Shown: piece by piece, positions 23,690 to 36,999 of the stretch
Numbering within the stretch: position 1 is the stretch's first letter
How the letters are laid out: every line of letters starts with the position of its first letter
Notes under the pieces: generated by a model
Seen by the model: only the letters and a program-made list of their open reading frames with translations
Databases searched by the model: none
What the model was told of the DNA's origin: nothing
Assembly (NCBI GenBank): GCA_013239625.1
Contig: MU054187.1
Span: forward strand, 15,330,941 to 15,394,940
Source: Lama guanicoe
Lineage: Eukaryota
Length of the DNA: 64,000 nucleotides
Reading direction: 5' to 3'
Program-made: the position numbers and the translations under genes

Positions 23690-24400
23690 TGTATGCTGAT
23701 TTTTGTGGAGAAACCTAGAGTTCAACATGACCCCTGTTGCCAGAGCTGCTTTGTCTGTGGGAGGTGTCCAGAGTGTGGGCTTACAAGTTACAGCCGAGGC
23801 CAGCAATTTGTAGGGAAAACCACTGGGGAATTATACCCTTTGAGCAAGAGGTGGAAATAATTTTGAGGGCCAGCTAAGAAGAAGTAACCTTTCACTGGGA
23901 GAGAGGAGAATGCATCACATATGGCTCTAAGAAGTGGGGGCAGTGGCAAGACTGTGGATGTTGGCCACAGATGTACTAGGAACTGAGGCCACTGTGCAGG
24001 ACAGAGGGGTACACACTGAGGCCAGCAAGGACATCTGAGGACCATAAATGGACGCTCTTCCCTTGATGCCAGACCACTCATAAGCCACCCCACCTACCTC
24101 TCTGCTTCCTCACTAGGTATCCTGAGCCAGGAACCAACATCACTCCAGCTGGTACTCAGGGAAGGAAAAGAGTAGGCTGGAGAAGTCCTTATAGAGTGTA
24201 AGTGGTTCCCCAAAGATGACTGAGATCTAAAGGGGTCTGATTGAGTTACGTTGAAATAGCAAGGTTACATTTTCTATTACAACTGAAATGGAAGTCTTAT
24301 GAACAAAAGTAACTCAAATTATGGAGAAATAACAAAAATTACTTTTAGCACATATGACTTCCAACTGTGTAAAGTGTATGCCCACACCAAGCTTCTAAGT
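23690..24400 (+). mobile_element. Probable ancient LTR (MamGyp-like)
   Basis: Purine-rich block ending ccccaaagatgactga...ggagaaataacaaaaattacttttagcacatatgact, resembling MamGypLTR 3' ends from memory. Confidence 0.4.
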
Positions 24401-24479
24401 ACACCATCTACTTTACAGAAACACGTGTTCTTTAGATTTTCTCAGATAGCAGCAGCAGCAGAATTATCTCTTCCACTTT

Positions 24480-25015
24480 CCTAGTCTCAATTATATGGGT
24501 CACCAGTCTCTCAATTCCCCTTGTTAGAAAGCTGAGATTTATCCTAGAATATGTCCCTCATTCTCCACATCCAATTTTTCATGAAGTGTTACTGATTTTA
24601 TCTCAGAAGTATTTCCTGAATTGGATCTTTTTCTGTTTCCACTGACTCTGTGACCCTCATCATGTCTCAAAACTATTGCAACAGCTATGTATTACTCTAC
24701 ATTCCAAAATTCTTTCTCTTTCCAGTTTGGTGCCAGGTATCTTTCCAAAAAATGAATTTAATTTTCTTTCTCCTCTGTTTACAGCTCAGGCTAGCTTCTT
24801 ACTGACCACAGTGTAACATTCCAACAACTCACCATGATATTCAAAGCCCATCACCACCTGTTCTATAGCGAGTCTCCCCCTTCAACATGCTTTGATCCAG
24901 CCACAAGGAACGTCTCATTGTTCATGGTCTAAAACATCTATTTTCATGACACCAGGGCTGTATGTTCTCTGAGCTCTACACGGCTGATTGTCTGCAGTGT
25001 CTGTTCCACTTACCC
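24480..25015 (+). mobile_element. L2 fragment 2
   Basis: ctccacatccaatt...actgattttatctc...aactattgcaacagct; collinear continuation of the 21130 fragment. Confidence 0.65.
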
Positions 25016-25059
25016 AACAGTTACAGTTGTTTAGCAGAAGTTTTATGACCTTTTGAAAT

Positions 25060-25830
25060 AAATTTTTATTTTTATCAGAATTATTTTATCAAATATAGGC
25101 ATTTGATTGAAAAGGAAATCATTATTAAAAGGCTTATATTAAAACAAACAAAAACGAACAGCATGCTCACAATCCTTGAGGGGCCCACTTTTAACTTTCT
25201 TTTCTGTTATTACTGCTATTTACATTCATTTTAATATAACACTATATAGTGACTTTCTTTTATGGAACCACTCCCCTTTCCTGCATCATTGCAAAATGAC
25301 TGTGACCTTTTTTGTTGAATAAAACTCTAATACATTATTATTATAATGTGAATATTAAAAGTAACCACCAGAAAATATATTATTATGTTTTATTTCTTAT
25401 AAAATTTCTTATTATTTTAATTTTCAATGTACCTAAAATTATATTTTTGAAAATTACAGGAGACTCCCAAATGCCCAGCTGTACCTTTTTCAAATCATCG
25501 CATCCATTTGATAATGTATTGTTTCTTCTCCTTCTTCTTTTTCTTCACCCTTCTCTTCCTTCTCCTCCTTTTTTTGAGTCTTTCCCTCACTCAGACCTCC
25601 ACACTTCTGCTCTGTCTACAGACTGGCTCCCAGTTCAGTTTCATAATTTGCCTTCACTGTTCTCTAGCTCATCCCTGTATCTGTGCTTCATGGATTGCGC
25701 CTTCCTGTTTAACTAGCACACTTTGTTGAAAACCTTATTCAAAAGCTTTTTATGAGAGAACAAGAGAAGGAATACTTTTTTGAGCTTCTGTGTATTTCTT
25801 TTTTCTGCATTTAGGTTTTTATTTTCAAGT
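25060..25830 (-). mobile_element. Old L1M fragment(s)
   Basis: T-rich, resembles an antisense L1MC/L1ME 3' end; very diverged. Confidence 0.4.
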
Positions 25831-25835
25831 CCTTG

Positions 25836-27419
25836 ATTTTTTTTCAGTTATATTGAAGTATAATTGACAAATAAAACTGTAGTACATTTAAAATGTGTAA
25901 CCTGGTGATTTAATACATATATACATTGTGAAAGGATTCCCATCCAGCTAATGAACACATACATCACCTCACATTTTTACCTTGTCTTCTTTCTTTTGTT
26001 TTTTGTTTTTTTGGTTTTTTTTTTTGGTGAGAACATTTAAGTTCTACTCTCTTAACAAATTTCAATTTTACAGTATAAGTTCACACTAGATCCTCAGACC
26101 TTATTCATCTTATAACTGAAAGTTTGTACACTTTTACTAACTTCTATTTGTTTTGCCTCCCAGCTCCTGGCAATCACCATTCTATCCTCTGTATTTATGA
26201 GTTTAACTTTTTACTTGTTTAGATCCCAAATATAAGTGATTCCAAATATCTTTCTCTGTCTGGCTTATTTCACTTAGCATTATACATTCAGAATCCACAC
26301 ATGTTGTCACAAATGGCAGGGTTTCCTTCTTTTTTGTGGCTGAATAATATTTTATTATATATATATAATATGTATGTATATATGTAGTACACTTTTTATC
26401 CATTCATTTGTAGACCATCACATTAAATTTTTCTGTACTTTGGCTATTACAAACAATAGTGCAGTGAACAAGAGAGTACAGATATTTCTTCAAGACAATG
26501 ATTTCATTTCCTTGGATACATACCCAGAATGGGATTGCTGGATCATATAGTAGTTCTATTTTTAATGTCTTCCATGGGAACTGTACCACTTTACAGTCCC
26601 ACCAATAGCGTAAAAGGGTTTCCTTTTCTCTACATCTTGGCCAGCATTTGTTCAGTCTTACCTTTTCAGTAACATACATCCTAATGGGCATGAGCTGGTA
26701 TTTTGTTGTGGTTTTGATTTGCATTTCTCTGATGACTAATGATGTTGAGCGCCTTTTCACACACCTATGGCCATCTGTATGTCTTCTTTGGAAAAATGCC
26801 TATTCACATCCTCTGACGATTTTTTTTTAATTGGATTTTTTTTTTTTTATTTTGAGGTTTTTCTTGTTTTGTTCTTTCTGTTGAGTCATATGAGTTCCTT
26901 GTATATTTGAGGTATGTACCAGTTATCAGAAATTTGGTTTGCAAATATTCTTTCCCATTCCATAGGTTGCCTTTTCATTTTACTGATGGTTCCTTTGCCA
27001 TACAGAAGCTATTTAATTTGATGTACTTCCACTTTTTTTCTTCTGTTGCCTTTGCTTTGGGTACTGAGTCCAAACAATTGTTGCTGCAATTGATGCCAAG
27101 GAGCTCACCACCTATACCCATGTTTTCCTCTAGGAGTTCTGCAGTTTCAGGTCTCATGTTCAAGACTTCAATCCATTCTAGGTTGCTTTTGTCTATGGTG
27201 TAAGATAGGGGTCCAGTTTCATTCTTTTGCACATGAATATCCAGCCTTCCCAACATCATTTATTGAATAAACTGTCCTTTCCCCATTGTATATCCTTGGC
27301 ACTTTGTTGAAGATTAACTGACCATATATGCATAGGTTTATTTCTGGGCTCTCTGTTCCGTTCCTTTGATCCAGTTTTTATGCCAATACCATACTATTTT
27401 TATTTTGATTACTCTAGCT
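25836..27419 (-). mobile_element. L1MA9-like 5'-truncated L1 (ORF2 3' part plus 3'UTR)
   Basis: Minus-strand ORF2 peptides (IKYYSATKKKETLPFVTT; REMQIKTTTKY...ELLYDPAIP; NMRPETAELLEENMG) and L1MA 3' terminus tattgaagtataattgacaaataaaactg. Confidence 0.9.
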
Positions 27420-27519
27420 AGTTGCTACCCAAATAATTTGGCTTCTTTTCCATATTTTTATATTTATTTAAGCTCCTTTATATTTTTTCCACATCTGGAA
27501 TATCTTAATTCCTTTCTTT

Positions 27520-27750
27520 CATTTGTTAAAAGCCTATCCAGCCTTCAAGACAATCATAGCTGCTACTTCAATTCAACTGTCTTTCTTCATCTCTACCAAC
27601 ACTATATAACATCTCTCTTCCAATTTACCATAGCCTTTTGGCATATTTTGCTTAACTTACTCACCCTTCTGCCTCCAATGAGATTATAAGCTTCAGAAAG
27701 TCAAAATGATGACCTGTTAAATTGGCACTCCACATATATTGAATTGAACT
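27520..27750 (+). mobile_element. L2 3' end (fragment 3)
   Basis: cctatccagccttcaagac...gagattataagcttcagaaag...catatattgaattgaa. Confidence 0.55.
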
Positions 27751-27924
27751 CAATCTACTCTGAATAGGAAAAACAGGAAAATACAAAAAGTTTCTAAGTT
27801 GCCACACTGTCCTTGGCTCACAAAGGACAGCTAAGCTGAACTAATGTAGTTGTCCCATACCCTCACAATTCAAACCAAATGAACAAAGTTACAGAATGGG
27901 TGTTCAGATTGCTTACGTTCAGAG

Positions 27925-28040
27925 ACATTATCCAGGAACCTCCTTACTGTTTTCCATAGTGGCTGCACCAATTTACACTCCCCCTAACAGTTCACAGGGC
28001 TACCCTTTTCCCAACACCCTTACCAAGATTTGTTATTTGT
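27925..28040 (-). mobile_element. L1 ORF2 fragment
   Basis: ggaacctccttactgttttccatagtggctgcaccaatttacactccc. Confidence 0.85.
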
Positions 28041-29749
28041 AAACACTGACTAAAGGACATGCTTCAAACAAGCCGAAGAAGACAGCAGGCCTTGTAGCAG
28101 AAGTGTGAGGTCCCGGGGAATGAGGAAGACTTGGTGAAAGCTGAGTTACCTACAGGTTCAATAAAGAGTAATTTGAAACTCGAAGGAGGAAACTAGGGTC
28201 CAAGAATGGAAATACCTCCCATCTCCAAGGTTGCTGAGGAAGCTAAATGGAGAAATATACTCACTCCTGAAACTAGAGTGTCAAAGCGCTATGTTTATTG
28301 CCCTTTAACATAATCTCAGAGGTGGCTTATGACAGGGTTTGTGACTCACACCTGCTCCCGAAGTTCTTTCACTTTGGTGTCTCATTATCCTTGAGTTTCA
28401 ACCAAGTCAATCAGTGAAGAAACAGAACTAGAAACCTTGTCTAATGTCAGCCAGGAAGCCACAAGCAACTTTAAATTGATTTTGGCCCAGGAATTCCATG
28501 CTCTGTATATAAGCGAGAGGGTATTTTTAAAAATATTTTTCTTGTTTTTAATTTTTGCCCTTACTGATTAGACTAGTAAACTTTTATGAAAACTGCCAGT
28601 CTACCTGGTAACGAAAGAAAATTTTTTAAAAAATAAACTGACTCTAGAAACACTAGAGTGTTTGGGGTGTTAACCATGGACTTACCAGTTTGATTCCCCC
28701 CCAAACTGGTAGAGCCCTGGGATCTTCTTGAGGTAAATCCTTTATATCTGAATTATTAGAGTTACCAGTCTTCCTCCCACAAGGATGGCTCCCTTTATGT
28801 TCCTCTCTAGTTGGGGAGCAAAGTGTACACTGATGCCCTCAGCTGGAAAGCTTATAGCCTTCGAATTTTATCTCACACACACTGCGTGACAAAGTTTCTT
28901 ACCACCTTCCTACATGTTATATCCTAAAGATACAATTTCTTAGCTGAATTCTTAACTCAATTTCTTAATGGAGTGTGTGTTTTTAGGGCTAATCACACCT
29001 TTATGTACCACATGTTTTTAAATAAGACTAAAATAGGGGAACGTATTTATTTCTCTGTCAATAGACATCACAGAGTCTCTTTAAAAACGCTCATACTTTT
29101 GGAGGAAATAACTAAAAAATTGAATGCCTTTTTAAGTGCAATAAGACTCTTAGCAAAGGTACCAATATAAGAAGAAAATTAAAAAAACAAATAACCCACC
29201 TAACCTCCTAGTTTGATTTCCAATATAGAATGTGTGTTCCTGTCTTTACTTAGCAGCATTACGGCTGTTTTTTTCCATTTGCTGTCCTCGTAATTGGGTA
29301 GTTACCCTTCTTGTTTTCTAAAAAGAAGGTCTGCCAAAATATGCTGAGTAAGTTGTTTGTTTCTAAACCCCAAGAAATCAAAAGTAGCAAGTAAACGTTA
29401 CTACTATGACATTTTAATTAGGAGTGCATTTGTGTATTTTTTTCTTTTGATCTTTGAGTCACTTTATGATTCTGGAGTTTAAATTTGTGAAGCTGGGGAT
29501 CATAATCATTTAACTAAAGAGCAATGCCAAACCCATGTTTATCTATAAAGTTTTATAAATAAAGTGATCCCCCAACTTTTCAAAATCATATTAACAATTT
29601 ACATTTCTGCTGTGTCAAGGCTTTCCTCTGATTACCAAATATACATAATTTCATCTGATTATCAAATAGCTTGTGATCCAACCAGGTCAAACACCACTCT
29701 TCCCAGGCTTCTCTCCCACTGTGGTTTATTTGTTTGCTTGTTTGTTTGG

Positions 29750-29870
29750 CTTTTATAAATAAGGAAACTGAACCTTAGAGGTGGAAAATGATCTCTCCAG
29801 AGTCACACAAGTATTAGGTGGTGGCTCCAGACCTAAAGCTAAAAAGCGCATCCCTCTTTCCAGGACACAA
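29750..29870 (-). mobile_element. MIR
   Basis: ttttataaataaggaaactgaaccttagagg...cagagtcacacaag. Confidence 0.7.
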
Positions 29871-30082
29871 GATCCCTCTCAGTATAAACACAGTTTAACT
29901 CAGACTTTGAAAGTTTACATTTACATATAAACGTAACTGCTCTCTCCTAAGCTGGCTGCTCACCCAAGGAAACCTTCTAAATGGGTGGCAGAAAGGAAAT
30001 GAACCAGCCTGGTTACAGGATGACAAGGGAGCAGTGAGATGGAATCCTGGAACTTGGGTGTCATTTCCTTCTCAAGAAATCA

Positions 30083-30270
30083 TAGATATAAAATAGAAAA
30101 ACAACAAGTTCATACTGCAGAGCACAGGGAACTACATGCAATATCTTGTAGTAACTTACAGTGAAAAACAATATGAAAACAAATATATGTATGTTCATGT
30201 ATGACTGAAGCATTATGCTGTACACCAGAAATTGACACAACATTGTAAACTGACCATACTTGAATAAAAT
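30083..30270 (+). mobile_element. Short lineage-specific L1 3'UTR insertion, followed by an (AC)/(AT) tract
   Basis: agcacagggaactac...gctgtacaccagaaattgacacaacattgtaaactgaccatacttgaataaaa; same family type as 4480-4645. Confidence 0.9.
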
Positions 30271-30506
30271 ACACATCTATACACACACAAACACACTCTA
30301 TATACCTATATATATATGAAGATACCATTTCCATAGGAACCTGCTGCACCCAGCTGTGTGACACACCATCAGGATGGAAAGACAATATGATGTGAACCCT
30401 GGAGGTCATGAAATACAACCCACTCATAGACAGTCTCTGTGATAACATGCGGTAAGTTCTTTAATCTTTACAAAGCAGTGGCAGGACCAGTCTGGTTTTA
30501 TGAGGA

Positions 30507-30803
30507 GTTATGGTCTGAATGTTTGTGTCCCTCCCAAATTTGTATGTTGAAATCCCAACTCTTAAAATGATGGTATTAGAAGGTGGGCCTTTGGGAGATG
30601 ATTAGGTCTTGGGGTGGAGCCCACCTGAATGGGATTAGTGCTCTTATAAAAGAGACTCCACAGAGCTCTCTCTCTCTTTTCACCTTGTGAGGTTACAACC
30701 AGGAAACAAACACACCCTTTCGAGTAACAGAATTAGCCAGCCCCTTGACCTTGGACTTCCCAGTCTTGAGAAATAGACTGAGAAATAAATGCTGCTATTT
30801 TAA
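30507..30803 (+). mobile_element. MaLR LTR (MLT1A-like)
   Basis: gttatggtctgaatgtttgtgtccctcccaaatttgtatgttgaaat...gggattagtgctcttataaaagagac...ccttggacttcccag...gagaaataaatg. Confidence 0.9.
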
Positions 30804-31040
30804 AGAGTGTAGTTGGGGGAGGCCTCACATATAGGACAAGATTTGAGCAGAGGGGCCATTCCAGGAGAGGGAACAGCTAACGCCCACAAGCTGGAGAATG
30901 TCGTAAATTCCATGGTAAGAACATGCTAATAACAGAATTCCAATACATTTACTTTGTAGTGTAAGTTATATGTGTGTATAGATATAGGCATATTATAATA
31001 CTGAATATAACTGAGTAAATTGTCATAATTAAAACTGATT

Positions 31041-31163
31041 ATTTATTGAGGTATAATTGATAAATAAAATTATAAGACATTTAAAGAGTAAATTGACTAT
31101 ACTTCAATTTAAAAAATAAAGTATAAATGTGATAATTTGATATACATATACATTGTGAAATGT
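31041..31163 (-). mobile_element. L1MA 3' terminus interrupted by a ~30-bp + strand L1 tail (31088-31116)
   Basis: tttattgaggtataattgataaataaaatt...tgatatacatatacattgtgaaatg, with internal gtaaattgactatacttcaatttaaaaaa. Confidence 0.75.
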
Positions 31164-32089
31164 TTGAGATTCAACCATCTAATGATTAGAAATGATTCAA
31201 GTTTAAAGAGGTGAATTTCTTTAATAAGTCAAATTCTTTACTTTTGTCTGATTTATTTTCGGCAATTTGAAAAAGTAATTCCTTAAACTCCTTCAGCTTA
31301 TCTTAAACTGTGTTTACTGAGTGCTGAAATTGGCTCTGTTCTAGCTATTTTAAATCTTTAAGTAGTACAGATGCCAGTTGGGGTCACTCTGTTCTTTGAG
31401 ATTTACAAACAATTAATTTAGATTCTGACCCCCATATTCCTTTGGGTGTTTGATCTCCCCTAATTCTAGGTAACTTGTAACCTTAAAGCCAGTTCTTTCT
31501 CCAGCTTCGTCCCCTCTAAGGTTCCATTATCAATTGTGTGTCATTGCATCTCATCAGTTGTACTTTTTCCTCCTTATGGCCAGATGTGGTTCCCACCTGT
31601 TTCTTATGTCTGATTTCCCCCACACAACATTCACAGTAAGTATTTTCGTGCGCAAAGAAAATCATTTACCTTTTGGAGCAATAAGATCACCTTGTGCCAC
31701 TCTGCAATTTCTTAGAAATACTCATCAGAGTAATTACTCTTTTCAGGTATTTTTCCACAGATCTCCATGGCCACCTACCTCTTCATCTAAACACTGTTCT
31801 TGGTCCCTCTTGTCTTGGTCCACATCTACCTCCTTTCTTCTGTCCTCTCTTTCACTCCAAAATTTCCGTTTATTTCCTTTGTGTAGAGAAATTAAGCTTT
31901 CGGTTTGTTTTCCTCTCTGCAAATGATCCCTTGAGTTTTTCATATTTTTGTATCTACAGATATAGCTAAAATTATCTGGAAAGAAATTATACACTTCTGT
32001 TTTCATTCTTACTCCTGAATTTTATAAGTAATTTTCTCTCCCTGTATACTTAACTATATCTCTTCAAAACAGGAAATTTATTTTGTTTG

Positions 32090-32185
32090 ATATTACAAAG
32101 GAGAAATCTAAAGCTTGAATAAGTATCTTGCTCAAGGCCACACAGTGGGTTCTAAGTTTATCTGTTCTTAAACTTTATGCCCTAT
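32090..32185 (-). mobile_element. MIR fragment
   Basis: ttacaaaggagaaatctaaagctt...cttgctcaaggccacacag. Confidence 0.55.
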
Positions 32186-33110
32186 GTGAATTTAACCCCG
32201 CGCCCTGTAGCAAGGCCACAGCCAAGTAAAACAGGCAGCCTCCTTTGGATGCTGGAAGAGAACATTCTCTCTTATTATTGTACTTCTGGAATATTTTGAG
32301 CAGGTCATGGATGGCAAGAAGAAACTAGACTCATTTTAGGGAAATGTAATTAATGTAATAAGTAGATGAAGGGTCTTTGTGGATATGATTATAGGTTTTT
32401 AAAAATAGGAGCCATTACAGAACAAAAGTTATTGAGGTTCAGAAATATAATCCAAGACTATAAAATTCACAATCCTGGGAATAGTGTGAATGTTATCTTT
32501 CCCAAATTGGACTGCTATTTACTAAGATTAGTATATGGGAGTTTAGATGAAGTTTGAGAACTTCTATTTATATCCTAATTGAAGGAAAACTGTGTGGGCT
32601 GGCAATTAACACCCTTGATTGCCTCGTTACTCCAGACGGTGCCATGAGCTTTCATTGCAGTTTGTCAACCGTTAGTTTTGGTTAAGGTTTGATATCGCAA
32701 CGGACAACCTGATTCTTTCAAAACACACACCCAGAATGAATGTAATGATCTTAGCTGTAGTTTCATATACTTTTATATGTTATAAACAAAAGAGAAATAT
32801 TTTTGCAAGCATTCTACTTTAGCAGATATTTAACATAACAAGTAAAAGAACTTCTGTGAATAGCTAACAAAGGAATAAATTCTTGGTGCATTTTATGTAA
32901 CACCTGGTAGGGCTGAGAATAGGTAATTATTTTGAAATTAATTCAGACATGAAAATGAACAGTGATTTCTAGTATCTCACTATTTACTAGAATATCTTTA
33001 GGGTGTGAAATTGTTGTGGGTTATCTTGTGCCAACAATGAAGCCAGGCATCCTTTGAGGTAAATGATAAGCCTCAAACCTGAAATGCATTTTTGTTTAAG
33101 TCGGAGACAA

Positions 33111-33646
33111 TATTAGGTATCTACACATGCATAGAAAATCACCGTAAACTTAGTCACTTAAAATAACACACAGTTGTTATCTTACAGTTTCTGTAGGTCA
33201 GGGGTCCAGGCATAGTTTCCTTATGTTCTGTGCTTCAGGGTTTGTCACAGGCTGCTAGCAAGTTATCAGCTAGGTTGTGGTCTCATATGAAGGCTCTACT
33301 AGGGAAAGATCTGATTCCAAGCCCATGGCGCGACTGGCAGGATTCAGGTCCTTGAGAGTTGTTGAGCGGAGGGCCTCAGTTCTTTGCCAGTTGTTGGCCG
33401 GGGCCATCCTGAGTTCCATATGGCTTCTCCATATGGCAGCTTACTTCACCAAAGCCAGCAAGGGAAGGAAAAGTTCTGCTGGCAAGGTGGAAGTTACTAT
33501 CTTATGTCATCTACTCACAGAAGTGACTTTCTGCCACTTTTGCTATAGTCTGTTTATTAGAAGCAAGTCCTCGGGCCAGTGCACACTCAAGGGGAGGAGA
33601 TGAGATGCTGGGATAATTTGGGACCATATTAGCATCTGTCACCATA
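33111..33646 (-). mobile_element. MaLR LTR (MLT1F-like)
   Basis: aaacttagtcacttaaaataacac...cttacagtttctgtaggtcagg...gtgcacactcaaggggagg...tctgtcaccata. Confidence 0.85.
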
Positions 33647-34223
33647 TAGGTAAAATGAAAGGCAGAACTCCAGATAATTGTAAGAGGAAAGGCATTTTAT
33701 ACTCTTCCTACTCTTTGGCAAAACTCAAGGTTAATTTCTCAATAAAAGTAAAATGATACTGTATGGTAAGATTAGAAAATAGTTGGACACATTAGTATAT
33801 GTCCAATAATTGTTAATTGATTGGATGGTTGTCTTTATGAGTTGTAAGTCTGAGATTTTAGAGGTTATCTGTTGGGCCTGATCTAAATGCATTTACCTTG
33901 TTTGATAGTGTTTCATCATCTTTTTGTTTTTGTTGCTTTTATTGCTATTGTATCCTGCTAAAACTCATCCTGCAACTTCGACAAGTTATATCTTTTTTGT
34001 GTCTTACTTTTTTAGTCTATATCATTGTTAGTTAACTTTTTAAATTTCTTTCTTATCCCACAGGAATACTAAAAATGAGGATGAGACAATAGATGTGAAA
34101 TAACGTTAATTAAAAAATAGCAAGACACTATATACACTCAAAGATGTCCTAGGATTAAAAGTACATTGAAAGTACAATAAAAAGTAATACATACTTGACA
34201 TTATTTTAACAGTGTGATAATAG

Positions 34224-34427
34224 GGTGTGGAATGAAGACATACAAACTACTATGTATAAAAAGAGATAAATAACAAGGATATATTGTATAACACAGGGAG
34301 TTATAGCCATTATCATGCAATAACTTTTAATAGAGTATAATCTGTGAAAATACTGGATCACTATGCTGTACACCTGAAACTAATACAGTGTTGTAAATCT
34401 ACTATATTTCAATTGAAAAAGAGAAAA
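34224..34427 (+). mobile_element. L1 3'UTR insertion, same type as 8330-8520
   Basis: caaactactatgtataaa...tatagccattat...ctatgctgtacacctgaaactaat...tttcaattgaaaaag. Confidence 0.9.
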
Positions 34428-35344
34428 AGAGCATGATGATAGAAAACCTCAAGTGCACATTTAGGATTCTATTCTGATGTTGCTTACCTATGTATAGTTT
34501 AGTAAACAGAATAGTGAACTTTAAAAGTGATCTTTGAGAGGAGAAATACAAATTAACCATGGTGTGGTCATAAGAAGACAGTATGCAGCCAGGAGTTTAC
34601 ACCCACACACTCACCACCACCACAGGGTACAAACAGGGCTGAAGCTTTTTGTGTTCTGCCTTTGGTCACTCTGGGGACAAATTCTATTAACAGCTTTGCC
34701 TTCGCATGATGTTGGGTTGCAAGTACTGAACGCTGGCTTGTCCCCCGGTAAGGAGTTTTACTATGTCAACATTCTAATTAGCATCCACATGGAAGGTGCT
34801 TGTTATTGTTGGCTTAGCTGCCTCTGTCATCCTGACAAACCATTCGACTGAGGAGTACTGCTGATGTAGTGTATAGCAGCCTGTGGCTTTCTTTGAAAGG
34901 GTATATTAAAGCTGGATCCAGATTACAAATGTTTAACCTGGCAAGTGGCACTATGACCTCTAAAACAAATATTGTGTCATTAATATAGCAGTGTTCACAG
35001 ATGGGATTGGCAACCTAAAATGTGCTGTCTGTAAACATTTTCAAATTATATTTGAGGTCCTTAATTAACCCCATTAGGCTTGCAGATCAAAACAACCACC
35101 CAGTCAGATGAAAAGAACAACTGACTAAAGACAGAGGTGCAGTGATTTTTTTTTTCTATGTATCATACATTCTCTGGAGTTTGTAGTTTTTGATGAATTA
35201 ACTGTTATTTGAAAACTATCTTTCTTTCTTCCTAAGGGATCAAATTGTTAACCTGTCAAAACAAGATAGAATTAAGAATGATTTAACCCCTCGTTAATAA
35301 AGGAGTAAGTTTAGAGTTGGAAGCTACCCAAGAGCTCGTCTCGA

Positions 35345-35400
35345 CTCCCTCAATTTACAGATGAGAAAATTGAGATCCAAAGTGGCTAAATGGCCCAGAT
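35345..35400 (-). mobile_element. MIR core fragment
   Basis: aatttacagatgagaaaattgagatccaaagtggctaaatg. Confidence 0.6.
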
Positions 35401-36184
35401 TCAAATTGAAACAAAGACCACAATAGTACTATTATGCTCAAAAAATTATCTACATAATTATTAACATTTTTCATCATGGACTTTTAAATCATTGGGTTGG
35501 AAATTTCTTTCCAACAATGAATGTAAGCTGATGGTTGATATTCCAACCTTGTGTAATCTAAAATTTTACTGAAGAAATAAGTTACCATTATATGAAAAGT
35601 AGGAATGGTGCTAAAAGGTTGAATCACCTGTAGACAGGTCTATGTGTTTGTCTTACATTATTCTTTGCGTCTGAGATTGATACACTGGTTTGATCATGAT
35701 CTTTCCATTGTTCAGAATTATTCTCCTCACCATGGTAAGATGGTTACGAAAATCGTGTGGTAGTAGTTACTGATTTGTATAATCCGGCATTGTGTCCTGG
35801 TCTGACTTTTTATCTCCTGGACTATCCAAAATTGGCCTCTCTGTGCTGGGCTAGTTGGTCTCCAGCTGCAGTTTCCTGGCCAACTTCAACTGGAGCCCAG
35901 AATGTGAAGCTGTGCTTCGGTGATTCTTTAAACAGTGTTTCTTCTCTCCGAATTCCCACCTTCCTTCCATTTGATGATCCACTTTATTTTCACAGCACAG
36001 CTGCTACCTGAATGTTTCCTGTCATCCATTATTCATAAACTGCTATGTCAACAGAATATGACTGCAATGGGCTTGATCCAGCAATGTATAATGTAACACA
36101 GTTTGAATTTCCCTCACCATTCACTCACTCATCATCTAGCCATTCAAAAAAAGAAAAGAAAAGAAATGTCAACGAAGACCTATA

Positions 36185-36527
36185 TTTTTTGTTTATTTAT
36201 TTGTTTGTTTGTTTATTTAATTGACATATAGTCAGTTACAATGTGTCAATTTCCAGTGTACAGTATAATATCCCAGTTATGCACATACATACATATATTC
36301 ATTTTCATATTCTTTTTCCTTAAAGGTTATTACAAGATATTGAATATAATTCCCTGTGCTATTGGGAAGAAATTTGTTCCTTTTAATCTATTTTTATATA
36401 TAGTGGTTATCATTGCATATTTCAAACTCCCAGATTTATCCCTTCCCACCCCCTTTCTTGTGGTAAACATAAGATTGTTTACTGTGTTTGGGAGTCTGTT
36501 TCTGTTTTGTAGATGAGTTCATTAGTG
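36185..36527 (-). mobile_element. Lineage-specific L1 3'UTR insertion with 11-bp TSD
   Basis: T-rich tail then antisense 3'UTR; TSD gaagacctata at 36174-36184 and 36528-36538. Confidence 0.92.
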
Positions 36528-36999
36528 GAAGACCTATACATTCTTGATCAAAACATACCAGGTTTAAACAGCAGAGAAAGTGAGACATGGTTGCGGGTTG
36601 GGGAGACAACATTAGATCGTTTTATAGGAAACACATAAAGTCTCAACTCCTGACTCCTCTACGTATCTCAACTTCTGGATTTCATACTGCTTCATCTATT
36701 TTTTGAATCAGTTTGAACAACAGTCATGTCAACATATTACTTCAAATGTTGTTGAAAAGGCAGCTCTTGGAAAAATGTGTTCCAGAGAAACGGGTTCCTC
36801 CAGGTTCCCCTGTGCTCTTCCTCAGTATCGGCTTCTCAGTGTCTAGGAAGAGCAAAACAAACAGCCAAGGAACCAGAGCAAAACAAACAGCCAAAGAACC
36901 AAACCAAAACAAACAAACAGAAAACAAAACAACAAAAATAAAATCACTGACTACAAGGAGTTCTCTGTGAAGAAAGAGAGACAGAAATGACATACAGTG

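Noticed and set aside
29622..29668. 20-bp imperfect direct repeat (2 mismatches, 27-bp period)
   Set aside because: Only two copies; consistent with an ordinary old micro-duplication.
36742..36842. DTEKP peptide after an acceptor, reminiscent of the SLC44A5 N-terminus
   Set aside because: Similarity stops after five residues, there is no matching donor, and no other exons of that gene are visible.
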